From positions 32,001 to 96,000 of IMG/VR virus record IMGVR_UViG_3300017991_000062: a stretch of 64,000 nt of DNA; one strand, written 5' to 3'. Made by a program: the position numbers and the translations under genes. This document shows, piece after piece, positions 47,796 to 57,015 of this stretch (the first letter of the stretch is position 1; every line of letters starts with the position of its first letter). A model generated the notes under the pieces. That model made no database searches, was not told the DNA's origin, and worked only from the letters and a program-made list of their open reading frames with translations. The stretch is from a virus.

Positions 47796-48866
47796 ATGGC
47801 ACCACGGAAAAAGACGGCTCGCAAGCGGCCGTCCAGCTCGAAGTCCCTCGCCCGCGAATTGGTCGACGCCGATGCCAGCCTGCTCGTCGGCGCCACTGCG
47901 AAGGAGGCCCTGGCCCTGCGCGGTGTCATCCCCACCGGCATCGTCACGCTCGACATCGCCACTGGCATCGGCGGCCTTCCGATGGGTCGCCTGTCTATGA
48001 TTCAGGGCGCCGAGGGTGGCGGGAAGACGACGTTCGCCCTGTCGTGCTGCGCGTCGGTGCAGCAGATGGGCGGTGTCGCGGTCTACTACGATCCCGAGCG
48101 CAAGCTGCTCGGTTCCTTCGCGGAGAACATCGGCGTCGACCTGGATGCGGTGGTGTACCACAAGCCGTTGACGATGGAGGCGATGGCGCTCAAGCTGGTG
48201 CAGGTGCTCAACCGCACGAAGAACATGAGCCGCGACCGGGGCAAGGACGTCCCGGTGCTCGTGGTGGTGGACAGCATCACTGCGCTGAAGACCGGCCTCG
48301 ACACCAGCCTGGAGAAGATGGTGGACGAGGGCACCGCGCCCCGGGTCGGTGCGCTGGCGGCCATCATGTCGGCCACCCTGCGCGACGTGCTGCCGGCCCT
48401 GGAGAACAGCCCGGTCGCCCTCCTGTTCGTGTCGCAGCTCCGCACGAAGCTGACCAGCTTCGGCGCACAGCAAGACACCACCTGCGGCAACGCGCCCAAG
48501 TTCTACAGCACCGTCATCATCCAGGCGCGCCCCGACATCGCCCGGGAGAGCGGGAAGAAGGTGGGCCACCGTGTCGAGTGCGAGGTGGTGAAGAACCAGG
48601 TGGCGGCACCGTTCCGCCGCGGCTACTTCGAGATCCTGGGCAAGCGGGGCATCGACAAGGAGCGGGCGCTGCTCGATGCCTCTGTCGAGTTGGGCCTGGC
48701 AAAGAAGTCGAAGAAGGGGGGCTGGTTCACCTACGGGACCGCCCTGGACGAGCTGAAGGTGCAGGGCTCGCGCGGGCTGCGGGTGAAGTCCCGCAAGGAG
48801 CCTGACGCTGACTGGCCCGGCCGCATCCGCAAGGCGGTCATGGAGGCCGCCGAGGAGGAGCGATGA
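47796..48866 (+). CDS. recA: RecA/UvsX recombinase
   Basis: IPTGIVTLDIATGIGGLPMGR; GAEGGGKTT; VVVDSI; SQLR; GNAPKFYS; VVKNQVAAPFR. Confidence 0.93.
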   Translation: MAPRKKTARKRPSSSKSLARELVDADASLLVGATAKEALALRGVIPTGIVTLDIATGIGGLPMGRLSMIQGAEGGGKTTFALSCCASVQQMGGVAVYYDPERKLLGSFAENIGVDLDAVVYHKPLTMEAMALKLVQVLNRTKNMSRDRGKDVPVLVVVDSITALKTGLDTSLEKMVDEGTAPRVGALAAIMSATLRDVLPALENSPVALLFVSQLRTKLTSFGAQQDTTCGNAPKFYSTVIIQARPDIARESGKKVGHRVECEVVKNQVAAPFRRGYFEILGKRGIDKERALLDASVELGLAKKSKKGGWFTYGTALDELKVQGSRGLRVKSRKEPDADWPGRIRKAVMEAAEEER

Positions 48867-50071
48867 AGCGCGACCGCCGGTTTCTGGTATTCAGCGACCT
48901 CCATGCCGATAACAACCTGCCGATGAGCACCTACGACGCGGCCGGGGTCAGTAACCGGCTGCACGACACCATCGAGACGCTGACCCAGGTGTGGCGGCTG
49001 GCCGAAGAGCAGAAGGTCGAGGCGATCCTGTTCCTCGGTGACCTGTTCAACCGGCCGCGCCCCGACGCGACCACGGTGACGCTCATCTCGCGCGCCCTGG
49101 CCGACCTCCAAGGCATGTACGCTGCGCCCCTGGTGATGCTGCCTGGGAACCACGACGCCGGCACCCGCCGGTCGCTGTTCACCACGGTCGACTTCTTCGG
49201 TGCCGTGCGCCTCCCGAACACCGTGGTCATCCGCGACCTCGATCCCGACGACCCCCACGCGCCTCTCGGGTGGGAGTCAGAGAAGCTCTACTTCGTGGGC
49301 AAGCGCTACGACCGCCCCGACGAGTCTCTCGCCAGGCTGCGCGAGCTGTTCACGCAGGTCGGTTCCGACATGGGTTCGACGGTGCTGCTCCTGCACCACG
49401 ACATCGCAGGCGGCCGGGTCGGATCGTGGTCGCCGACCGACGCGCTGCCCCTGGAGCTGTTCAAGGGCTTCCCCCTGGTGTTGTCGGGCCACTACCATCA
49501 GCCCCAGGTCATCTACCCCGACGGTGAGCGGGTGTGGCCCGCAGCCGACGAGGAGCTGGTGGAGTTTGGTCCGCTGGAGCCCGGGACGGTGGTGTACGTC
49601 GGCTCGCCGCAGCAACACGACTTCGGGGACTGCGGCGGTGCCCGAGGGGCGTGGGTGCTCACGCATAGCCGGCGTGGAAAGCTCAAGCTCGACTTCCACA
49701 ACCTGTTCCGCCCCACCTTCGCAGAGGCCAGCTTCGCGCACACCGACCCGCCGGCCAAGGTGGCGCGCATGTTCGAGGAGGCTGCCGACTACGTGAAGCT
49801 GAAGGTGGTCGGCCCGAAGCACGGGCTCGACAGCCTGGAGCGTGGCGCCTACGAGGCCGCGGTGCGGGCGGCCATCGACCACGACCCACGCTCCTTCAAG
49901 TGGGAGCTACAGGTGGAGGCCCACCACACGAAGCGGGCTGACCTGGACTCGCACCTCGGGATCGACGCCCTGCTCGACGCCTACGTCAACAGCGGCTCCG
50001 TGAACCTGGGCGACCTGGACCCGGCCGACGTGCTCGCCTACGGCCGGGCGATGCTGGAGGAGGTGCGCTGA
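48863..50071 (+). CDS. SbcD/Mre11-like (gp47) nuclease
   Basis: SDLH, GDLF, GNHD, HH, SGHYH, GSPQQHDFGD. Confidence 0.9.
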   Translation: MKRDRRFLVFSDLHADNNLPMSTYDAAGVSNRLHDTIETLTQVWRLAEEQKVEAILFLGDLFNRPRPDATTVTLISRALADLQGMYAAPLVMLPGNHDAGTRRSLFTTVDFFGAVRLPNTVVIRDLDPDDPHAPLGWESEKLYFVGKRYDRPDESLARLRELFTQVGSDMGSTVLLLHHDIAGGRVGSWSPTDALPLELFKGFPLVLSGHYHQPQVIYPDGERVWPAADEELVEFGPLEPGTVVYVGSPQQHDFGDCGGARGAWVLTHSRRGKLKLDFHNLFRPTFAEASFAHTDPPAKVARMFEEAADYVKLKVVGPKHGLDSLERGAYEAAVRAAIDHDPRSFKWELQVEAHHTKRADLDSHLGIDALLDAYVNSGSVNLGDLDPADVLAYGRAMLEEVR

Positions 50072-52029
50072 TGCTGCGGCTACTCGAAGTTCGGTTCAGT
50101 GGCTTCCTGGCCTATTACGAGCAGCAACGGCAGCGGCTCTCTGACCTGGGGCTGTGCCTCATCATCGGGGAGAACCGCCAGGCCGGCGGCTCGGACTCCA
50201 ACGGGGCCGGCAAGACCACCATCTACGACGCGGTGACCTGGGCGCTCTACGGCGAAACCGTCACCGGGGAGAAGACGGAGGAGGTGCTGCACCGCGAGGC
50301 GGCATCGGCGCAGGTGGACCTCGACATTGAGGACGAGACGGCGGGGCGGCAGTATCGCATCACCAGGGTCCGCAAGCGCAAGGGCGGCGGTGAACTGGGG
50401 CTGCGCGACATCACCGACCTCGACGACGTGGTGGACCTCACCGAGTCCACGATGGCGGCAACGCAGGAGCGCATCATCTCCATCGTGGGGCTCGACTCGC
50501 TGGCCTTCCGCACCTGTATCCTCTTCGGGCAGGGCGAGTCCAAGCGGTTCGGCTCCGACGCGACCACGGACGGCGAGCGCAAGGCCATCTTCCGGTCGGT
50601 GACCAGGATGGGGGTGTGCGAGGACGCCCGCAAGGCGACCGCGACCAAGCGGCGCGAGCTGGAGAACCGGCTCGCCGACCTGGAGCAGGAGAAGCGGCAC
50701 CTGAATGACCAGTTCGACCAGGCGAGCGACGACCTGGAACGGACCCGCGAGCAGCACGAGGACTGGAACGCTGGTGCCGACGAGCGGGTCGCCGCCGACC
50801 AGGCCAAGCTCGACCGGCTCCTGGAGCGCGTGGACGAGGCCGACGGGGTGGACGACGAGCTGGCCGAGCTGGACGAGGCGGTCGAGGCGGCCGAAGCGCG
50901 GGTGGAACGGCTGGACGCCCTCAACGCCCGGTACGAGGAGGCTCGGGAGCAGGTGCGGGCGGCCGACAAGGTCATCAACGATGCCGAGCTGGAGGGTCGC
51001 ACGGCTACGGCCGACCTCCGCGCGGCCAAGGCCAGCCTGACCGAGTTGCTGGAGCAGGCCAAGGCCGGCCGGTGTGGCACCTGTGGCTCCGACCTGGCCG
51101 ACGAGGACAATACCGGCTTCATCCTGGAGCAGAAGCGGCGCAAGGACGCGGTCGAGGCTGCGATGGACGCCCTGGTGGAGGCCAACGAGGCAATCGAGGC
51201 GGCGCAGGACGCCGGAAAGGGGTGTACGGCTGCCGCATCCTCGCTGTGGGAGGAGATCGAGGCTCTGGACGACCCCAAGGCCGAGTTGACCCGGCTCGGG
51301 CGGCAGCGGGCGGATCTGGCGGCCAAGGCCGGCCAACTCGACGCGCTGCGTCAGCAGGCCGACGAGCTGGAGCAGCGCATCAAGGAGGAGCGGGCGCGCC
51401 CGAGCCCCCACAAGGAGGCCATCACCCGGCTCAAGACCAGGCGTGGCAAGCTGCGCCGCAAGCTCGGCCGGGCCGAGGCCCTGGCCAGCGAGGTCACGGC
51501 CGAGCTGGAGCTGGCGACCTTCTGGTCGAAGGGGTTCAGCACCCGCGGCGTCCAGAGCTTCGCCATCGATCACATCCTGCCGCGGCTCACCAGCGCGAGT
51601 CAGGAGTACCTGGACGCCCTGTCCAGCGGCGACCTCCAGATCGAGTTCGACACCGTGGCCAAGCTGAAGTCGCGCAAGGACGAGGTGAGGGACAAGTTCA
51701 GCATCAACACCCGCATCGAGGGCCACCTGGGCATGAAGGTGAGTGGGGCGCAGAAGACCAAGGTGGCGCTCTCCGCGTCGTTCGGGTTGTCGGACCTGGT
51801 AGCCGAGCGCGAGGGCGCGGCTCTCGATTGCTACTTCCTGGACGAGGTGTTCGACGGGCTCGATCCCACTGGCAAGGATCGGCTCCTGGAGCTGCTCCAA
51901 CTGCTCCGCAGCCGGCGGTCTACGATCCTCGCCGTGTCGCACGACCCCGACGTCGCCAGGCACTTTGACCACGTCATCCGCGTGGTGCGCGAGGACGGCC
52001 GCTCACGGCTGGAGGGAGGCCCGAAGTGA
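50071..52029 (+). CDS. SbcC/Rad50-like (gp46) ATPase
   Basis: SNGAGKTT; coiled coils with CGTC zinc hook; SGAQ signature; FLDEVFDGLD; VSH. Confidence 0.92.
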   Translation: MLRLLEVRFSGFLAYYEQQRQRLSDLGLCLIIGENRQAGGSDSNGAGKTTIYDAVTWALYGETVTGEKTEEVLHREAASAQVDLDIEDETAGRQYRITRVRKRKGGGELGLRDITDLDDVVDLTESTMAATQERIISIVGLDSLAFRTCILFGQGESKRFGSDATTDGERKAIFRSVTRMGVCEDARKATATKRRELENRLADLEQEKRHLNDQFDQASDDLERTREQHEDWNAGADERVAADQAKLDRLLERVDEADGVDDELAELDEAVEAAEARVERLDALNARYEEAREQVRAADKVINDAELEGRTATADLRAAKASLTELLEQAKAGRCGTCGSDLADEDNTGFILEQKRRKDAVEAAMDALVEANEAIEAAQDAGKGCTAAASSLWEEIEALDDPKAELTRLGRQRADLAAKAGQLDALRQQADELEQRIKEERARPSPHKEAITRLKTRRGKLRRKLGRAEALASEVTAELELATFWSKGFSTRGVQSFAIDHILPRLTSASQEYLDALSSGDLQIEFDTVAKLKSRKDEVRDKFSINTRIEGHLGMKVSGAQKTKVALSASFGLSDLVAEREGAALDCYFLDEVFDGLDPTGKDRLLELLQLLRSRRSTILAVSHDPDVARHFDHVIRVVREDGRSRLEGGPK

Positions 52030-52199
52030 TGTGCAAGTACCTGAAGATGATGCTCGGCCTGGGCGCCATGTCGGCCGCGGCGACGGCGTTCATGCTGGCC
52101 GAGGTGGTGGAGCGCGTGGCCCAGGCCATCGCGGACGGTGCCGACGTGGTGGATTACATCCTCGACGGCAAGTATGACGACTGGAGGGTCCAGCGGTGA
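52029..52199 (+). CDS. Small hydrophobic protein (56 aa)
   Basis: TGATG start, GTGA end coupling; MCKYLKMMLGLGAMSAAATAFMLAEVV...; not in ORF track. Confidence 0.55.
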   Translation: MCKYLKMMLGLGAMSAAATAFMLAEVVERVAQAIADGADVVDYILDGKYDDWRVQR

Positions 52200-52843
52200 G
52201 CCCGACCCGCAAGCGGCCGAAGAAGCCCAAGGGCAGGGCGCAACCCAGGTCGGCGGCCACCACCGGCACCGGCAAGGGCGGCGTCTTCGAGCGAGCTGTC
52301 GCGCTCGCCCTGTCGCTGTGGTGGGGCGACGAGAAGGGCCTCCACCATACCGAGCGGAGCTTCCGTCGCACGCCCGGCAGCGGCGGCATCGACCCGCACG
52401 AGTGGCCCGGCGATGTGATGCCCACCCGGCGCTTCGCCCACCTGTGGCCGCTCGTGATCGAGTGCAAGGCCCGCGACAGCGAGTTCGGCGACCTCATCGA
52501 GCTACTGACCGCGCCCGGCCACAAGCTCTTCGAGTGGATGGACCAGGCGCAGCGGGACGCCCAAGGCGTCGGCCGGTGGTGGTGGCTCGTGGTGCGCCGT
52601 GTTCACTATCCGTGGCTCCTGTTCCAGGACTGGAGGACGTGGCAGCGGCTCACCGGAGAGATGAGCGAGGGGAGCCCGATGGACGGCGAGCCATTCTTTC
52701 GGTTCAGGCGGCCGGGGCCTAGCGCCAGATTCGTGTCTATCTGCCGGTTCGATCCGTTCCTTGAGTCGATCACACCAGACGCCCTGTGCAGGGCGCTTCC
52801 GATCCGGGAGACGAGATATGAGCAGCCGCGACGACGGAGGTAG
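52196..52843 (+). CDS. Holliday junction resolvase (PD-(D/E)XK, T5 D14-like)
   Basis: KGGVFERAVA...FRRTPGSGG...GDV...IECK. Confidence 0.8.
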   Translation: MSPTRKRPKKPKGRAQPRSAATTGTGKGGVFERAVALALSLWWGDEKGLHHTERSFRRTPGSGGIDPHEWPGDVMPTRRFAHLWPLVIECKARDSEFGDLIELLTAPGHKLFEWMDQAQRDAQGVGRWWWLVVRRVHYPWLLFQDWRTWQRLTGEMSEGSPMDGEPFFRFRRPGPSARFVSICRFDPFLESITPDALCRALPIRETRYEQPRRRR

Positions 52844-53837
52844 GCGGCCCGCGATCCTGGTCGACGGGCTCAATGTGCTCTACCGCGGGGCATTCGCGAT
52901 GCTCCACGGCGGGACTGGGCTATCGGTCGCGCTCGACGGGGAGGAGACCGCCACCGGGGCGGCCTACCGGATGCTCCGTACCCTGGTCGAAGTGGCGGCC
53001 AGCTACGGCGCCCTCCCGGTGGTCTGTTGGGACCCCATCGGCGGCCGGGAGTCGCTGGTGCGGCACAAGCGCTGCAAGGACTACAAGGCCGGCCGCGAGC
53101 CCAAGAACGAACTCGACCGCGACTTCCACCGCGAGGTCCACGACCAGCGGCGGCTCCTGAACGACCTGCTCATCAAGATGGGGGTGTGGCAGGCTGTAGC
53201 GACGAAGGGGTGGGAGGCTGACGACGTCATCGCCACGCTGGCCCGCCGGCTGCACCGAGGCGGCCCGGTGTTCATCCTGTCGAACGATAAGGACATGCTC
53301 CCGCTGATACAGCTCGACGGCGTCAGCGTCATCAACATCGGCTCGAAGAAGGCGCAGCCCGGCGAGCGCTACGAGCGCCGTGACCGGGCGTGGTGGGATG
53401 AGAAGTACCCCGACACGGCGCCGGGGCAGTGGCTCCAGATGCGGGCGCTGATGGGCGACCGGAGCGACGGCATCGCCGGGGTGAAGGGCATCGGCGAGGT
53501 GTGGGCCTACAAGCTCATCCGTGCCTACGGCAACGCGGTCACGGCGGTGGACTTCGCGGAGAGTATCGAGGCCGACGACGGCACGAGCACCGGCCACTTG
53601 TCCGGCCCGCTCAAGACGGCGAAGGGCGTCAGGAAGAAGCTGCTCGGGCAGCGGCCCACGGTGGAGTCGGCGCTGGACCTGCTGAAGCTGAACGAGAAGG
53701 CGCCGTTCACCTGGTATGACCGCGAGCATGACCGCAAGGCGGCGACCCGCGAGCTGCGCCGGCTGCGCTTCAAGTCGTTCCTCGCCGGCACGCTGCGCCG
53801 GCAGTTCGCAGACCTGCTCGCAGCCTGCGCGGCGTAG
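52818..53837 (+). CDS. 5'-3' exonuclease / flap endonuclease (Pol I N-terminal-like)
   Basis: ILVDG; YKAGR; EADDVIAT; SNDKDM; GDRSDGIAGVKGIG. Confidence 0.92.
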   Translation: MSSRDDGGRRPAILVDGLNVLYRGAFAMLHGGTGLSVALDGEETATGAAYRMLRTLVEVAASYGALPVVCWDPIGGRESLVRHKRCKDYKAGREPKNELDRDFHREVHDQRRLLNDLLIKMGVWQAVATKGWEADDVIATLARRLHRGGPVFILSNDKDMLPLIQLDGVSVINIGSKKAQPGERYERRDRAWWDEKYPDTAPGQWLQMRALMGDRSDGIAGVKGIGEVWAYKLIRAYGNAVTAVDFAESIEADDGTSTGHLSGPLKTAKGVRKKLLGQRPTVESALDLLKLNEKAPFTWYDREHDRKAATRELRRLRFKSFLAGTLRRQFADLLAACAA

Positions 53838-53850
53838 GGAGGCACAGACG

Positions 53851-54459
53851 ATGGAACCGATGGAGCTGGACAAGCTCGACCGGGTGCGCGCCATGTTGCA
53901 GGGCTGCCAGCTCTGCGGCGAGCTGGCCTCGCACCGTCGCCGGGTGGTGTTCGGCGAGGGGCCGCACGACGCCCGCTGGATGGTGCTCGGTGAGGCGCCG
54001 GGCAAGGACGAGGACTTTCGTGGCATCCCGTTCATCGGCCGGGCTGGTCGTAAGGTGTGCCTGGCGATGGACGACGTGGGGCTCGATGCTGACGACGCCT
54101 TCTGGTTCAACGTGCTGTGCTGCCACCCGCCGAAGAACCGCAACCCGAGGGCCGATGAGGTGGCCAACTGTCGTGAGCGGCTGGAGCTGACGGTCTGCCT
54201 GGTGCAGCCCGACGTCATCCTCACCCTGGGCTTGCCGGCTGCTCGCGCGGTGCTCGGACCGGTGGCCAAGGGCCAGTCGATGCACAAGCTGCGAGGCAAG
54301 TTGGTCGATGCCGAGTTCCGCACTCGCAAGCGCGAACACTACTGCCGGATCTTGCCGACATACCATCCAGCGTATATCCTACGGCCTGACGGTCGAAGAG
54401 AGGAGTCGGTGTGGCGAGAAGACCTCGCACGGCTCCGCGAGCTGGTGGAGGGGAGATGA
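53851..54459 (+). CDS. Uracil-DNA glycosylase family 4 (Fe-S)
   Basis: CQLC; GEAPG..ED..G.PFIGRAG; N..CC.PP.NR.P...C; TYHPAYILR. Confidence 0.92.
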   Translation: MEPMELDKLDRVRAMLQGCQLCGELASHRRRVVFGEGPHDARWMVLGEAPGKDEDFRGIPFIGRAGRKVCLAMDDVGLDADDAFWFNVLCCHPPKNRNPRADEVANCRERLELTVCLVQPDVILTLGLPAARAVLGPVAKGQSMHKLRGKLVDAEFRTRKREHYCRILPTYHPAYILRPDGRREESVWREDLARLRELVEGR

Positions 54460-54749
54460 GATACAAGGTCATCGCCGAGCGGCTGGCACCGCGCGACCAG
54501 GACACGCTCCGGGAGTTGCGGCAGGCCAAGGCCGAGGCCGAGGCTGCTACGGCCAAGGTGACCGCAACTCGGGCGCGACTGTGGCGCGACCTCCAGGCTA
54601 CCTTCGACCTCGACCTGGACACCTTCCACTATCGCATCGACGCGGCTGGCCGGTTGGTGCAGGTGGGAAGTGACTCGGTTGACGCGACCGAGGAGCAGAG
54701 CACCGCTGTCGCCGCCATGCTCGCGCTGGACAGCGAATCGAGGCACTAG
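54456..54749 (+). CDS. Hypothetical protein
   Basis: ATGA overlap, GGAGG RBS, helical. Confidence 0.65.
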   Translation: MRYKVIAERLAPRDQDTLRELRQAKAEAEAATAKVTATRARLWRDLQATFDLDLDTFHYRIDAAGRLVQVGSDSVDATEEQSTAVAAMLALDSESRH

Positions 54750-54758
54750 GAGGGCAAC

Positions 54759-55505
54759 GTGCACACCGACATCGTTCGCGAGCTAGAGGCGAGGCTGGTT
54801 GACCTGGGCGCGGTGTGGATGCCGACCCCGAATGTGGGCGGCCGGTTCCTTGCCTCGGACCCCATCGGCATCGTCATCCACTACACGGGCGGTCCTCATG
54901 GCACCGCTGCGAAGTGGCTCTGCAACCCGAAGGCAAAGGCGAGTGCTACCCTGGTCATCCAGCGCGACGGTGGTCTGTACTGGCTCGTCAACCTGGACCG
55001 GATCGCGTGGCACGCTGGTCGGTCGGAGCTTCACGGCCGCTACGGCTGCAATGACTTCACCTGGGGTATCGAGCTGGAGAACTGGGGACCGATTGTGCGG
55101 CGCGGTGATGGATACTACGTCTGGCCGCCTGTGAAGGACGGGGTGCCCCAGTTCCAGCGGCGCTTCAGCGGTGGCGAGGTGCGCCACTACCCCGAGCATC
55201 GCGAGTACGAGTTCTGGGAGGGCTACACCGAGGCCCAGATCGGCAAGCTCAACCAGGTGCTTCAGGCGCTCCTGTGGCCGTCGCTTATCAACGGCCCGCT
55301 CTTTCCCCGCGAGAGCATCGTCGGGCACGAGCACGTCTCGCCAGGCCGCAAGCTCGACCCTGGTCCGGCCTTCCCGTGGCGCGATGTGCTGCGCGAGGCG
55401 TACCACGGAAGCATCGCCGTCGCTGACCTGGACAAGGCCCTGGACGACGAGAGCGACGAAGCGTTCTTCGCCGCGATGGGTGCCAAGCCAATCGACCGGA
55501 GATGA
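54759..55505 (+). CDS. N-acetylmuramoyl-L-alanine amidase (Amidase_2/AmpD-like), probable endolysin
   Basis: IVIHYT; AWHAG.S; GIELEN; YTEAQ; VGHEHVSPGRKLDPGPAFPW. Confidence 0.9.
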   Translation: MHTDIVRELEARLVDLGAVWMPTPNVGGRFLASDPIGIVIHYTGGPHGTAAKWLCNPKAKASATLVIQRDGGLYWLVNLDRIAWHAGRSELHGRYGCNDFTWGIELENWGPIVRRGDGYYVWPPVKDGVPQFQRRFSGGEVRHYPEHREYEFWEGYTEAQIGKLNQVLQALLWPSLINGPLFPRESIVGHEHVSPGRKLDPGPAFPWRDVLREAYHGSIAVADLDKALDDESDEAFFAAMGAKPIDRR

Positions 55506-55620
55506 GGCGAGGGGGGTAGCAGAGTAGAGGTCGCTTGGAATGGGTGCAGGCCGTGGGGGCTGTGCTCTGTGCACTCTGCTCATTTGTCGGGATCTGGTTA
55601 CTGACGGGAGGGAATAGAAG

Positions 55621-57015
55621 GTGAAGCGCAGCCGGCCACAACTTCAGCGCGGGACGTGCCTGTTCGACCTGCACACTTGGGCCGGCGGCAAGCCTCCCCT
55701 CTCGGTGCAGTACTTCGTCAACCGGCATTCGCTGCCTGTGGTGACCGACCCTTCCGACCTGGGCGAGTTCCGAACCGTGCTGTTCTCCCTGCACACTGCC
55801 CGCGACGCGCTCAAGGTGGCGCGGCTCGCTCACCACAAGGCCCCGGGTCAGGAGTGGATTGCCGGCGGCGGCGCCGCGGTGAACCCGACGCCCGTGTCGT
55901 GGCTGATGGACTATGTGCTCGTCGGTGATGGCTTCGAGGCGTTCCCGCTCCTGCTCCAGGGTGAGCGTGAGCTAGAGGGCCTGTTCGATTGCCAAGCCCG
56001 CGACCCGGTGCGCTACCGGGACGAGGGGATCTTCCCCGAGCCGTATGCTCCGCGCAACCTGCTCCTGACCGTGGGCTGCCGGCATCGGTGCGCGTTCTGC
56101 ATCAGCCCTTGGAGGCGTCAGTACCGCGAGCAGAGCCCGGCCGTGGTGCAGCGCTTCATCGCTGACGCGCCTTGCTCGCAGCTCGGGCTCACCACGACCA
56201 GCGCGGTCGACGTGTCCTACCACGCCGACCTCCTGGAGTGGCTTCGCGAGCACGGCCGCATCAACAACTCGATGAGCAACACGGTTCGCGGCGTCTCTGA
56301 GGGCGCCCTCACCGGCTGGAAGGGCAACATCCTCTTCGGCCTGGAGGGCATGCGCGAGGAGGTGCGCGGCTTCGTCAACAAGCCCATCCCGGAGTCGCTG
56401 GCCCTGGAGAAGGTGTTGCTCGCGCTGCGGCACGGGTGGAAGGTGCGGCTCACCTATCAGTTCAACCTCCCGGGCGACCGCCCCTCCGGCGTGGAGAACG
56501 TGCGCAGCCTGGTCGAGAAGGTACGCCGCGAGCTGCGCAAGGGCCAGCTCGAAGTCTCGTTTATCCCGCATCAGCCGTCGCCATTCACTCCGATGCAGTG
56601 GGAGCGGCCACGGTGGGACGAGGAGACGCGACGGGCGATCCTGGACATGCGCAAGTCCTACTTCGGCAGCGGTAAGACCGGCGTGAGCGTGTTCGTGCCG
56701 ACGCCGCTCGGCGCCCCGAGGTGGGTGACCCAGATCGTGTCCGAGCGCATCCCGGTGACGCCCGGCGTGGTGAAGGCGATGGATGCCATCCCGGCCACGG
56801 CCAGCTTCGAGAAAGCGGTGGACGTGCTGGAGTCCCACGGTGTCGATGCTGCGCGCTGGTTCAGGCGCCAGAGCACGAACGAGGCGCTCCCCTGGGAGTA
56901 TGTCGAGGTCCATACCAGTCGCGAGCGTCTGCTCGCGGAGTTCAACAAATTGCGGCGCCGTGTCCAGCGGCGTGAACGTCAACGGCCAACTGCGGGGGAA
57001 TCCGATGCCGCGTAG
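55621..57015 (+). CDS. Radical SAM protein with B12-binding-like N-terminal region
   Basis: GCRHRCAFC (CxxxCxxC); IAGG...NPTP...DYVLVGDG; FGLEG..E..R..VNKPI; FIP.P.TP.QW. Confidence 0.88.
   Translation: MKRSRPQLQRGTCLFDLHTWAGGKPPLSVQYFVNRHSLPVVTDPSDLGEFRTVLFSLHTARDALKVARLAHHKAPGQEWIAGGGAAVNPTPVSWLMDYVLVGDGFEAFPLLLQGERELEGLFDCQARDPVRYRDEGIFPEPYAPRNLLLTVGCRHRCAFCISPWRRQYREQSPAVVQRFIADAPCSQLGLTTTSAVDVSYHADLLEWLREHGRINNSMSNTVRGVSEGALTGWKGNILFGLEGMREEVRGFVNKPIPESLALEKVLLALRHGWKVRLTYQFNLPGDRPSGVENVRSLVEKVRRELRKGQLEVSFIPHQPSPFTPMQWERPRWDEETRRAILDMRKSYFGSGKTGVSVFVPTPLGAPRWVTQIVSERIPVTPGVVKAMDAIPATASFEKAVDVLESHGVDAARWFRRQSTNEALPWEYVEVHTSRERLLAEFNKLRRRVQRRERQRPTAGESDAA

Noticed and set aside
46412-48805. 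Long Arg/Gly/Pro-rich alternative-frame + strand ORFs
   Set aside because: Off-frame readings of GC-rich codons; the in-frame SSB and RecA are clearly the real genes
42249-48866. Inteins or introns in dnaE, recA (and dnaB)
   Set aside because: Proteins are of normal length with contiguous motifs; no splice-junction or homing-endonuclease signatures seen
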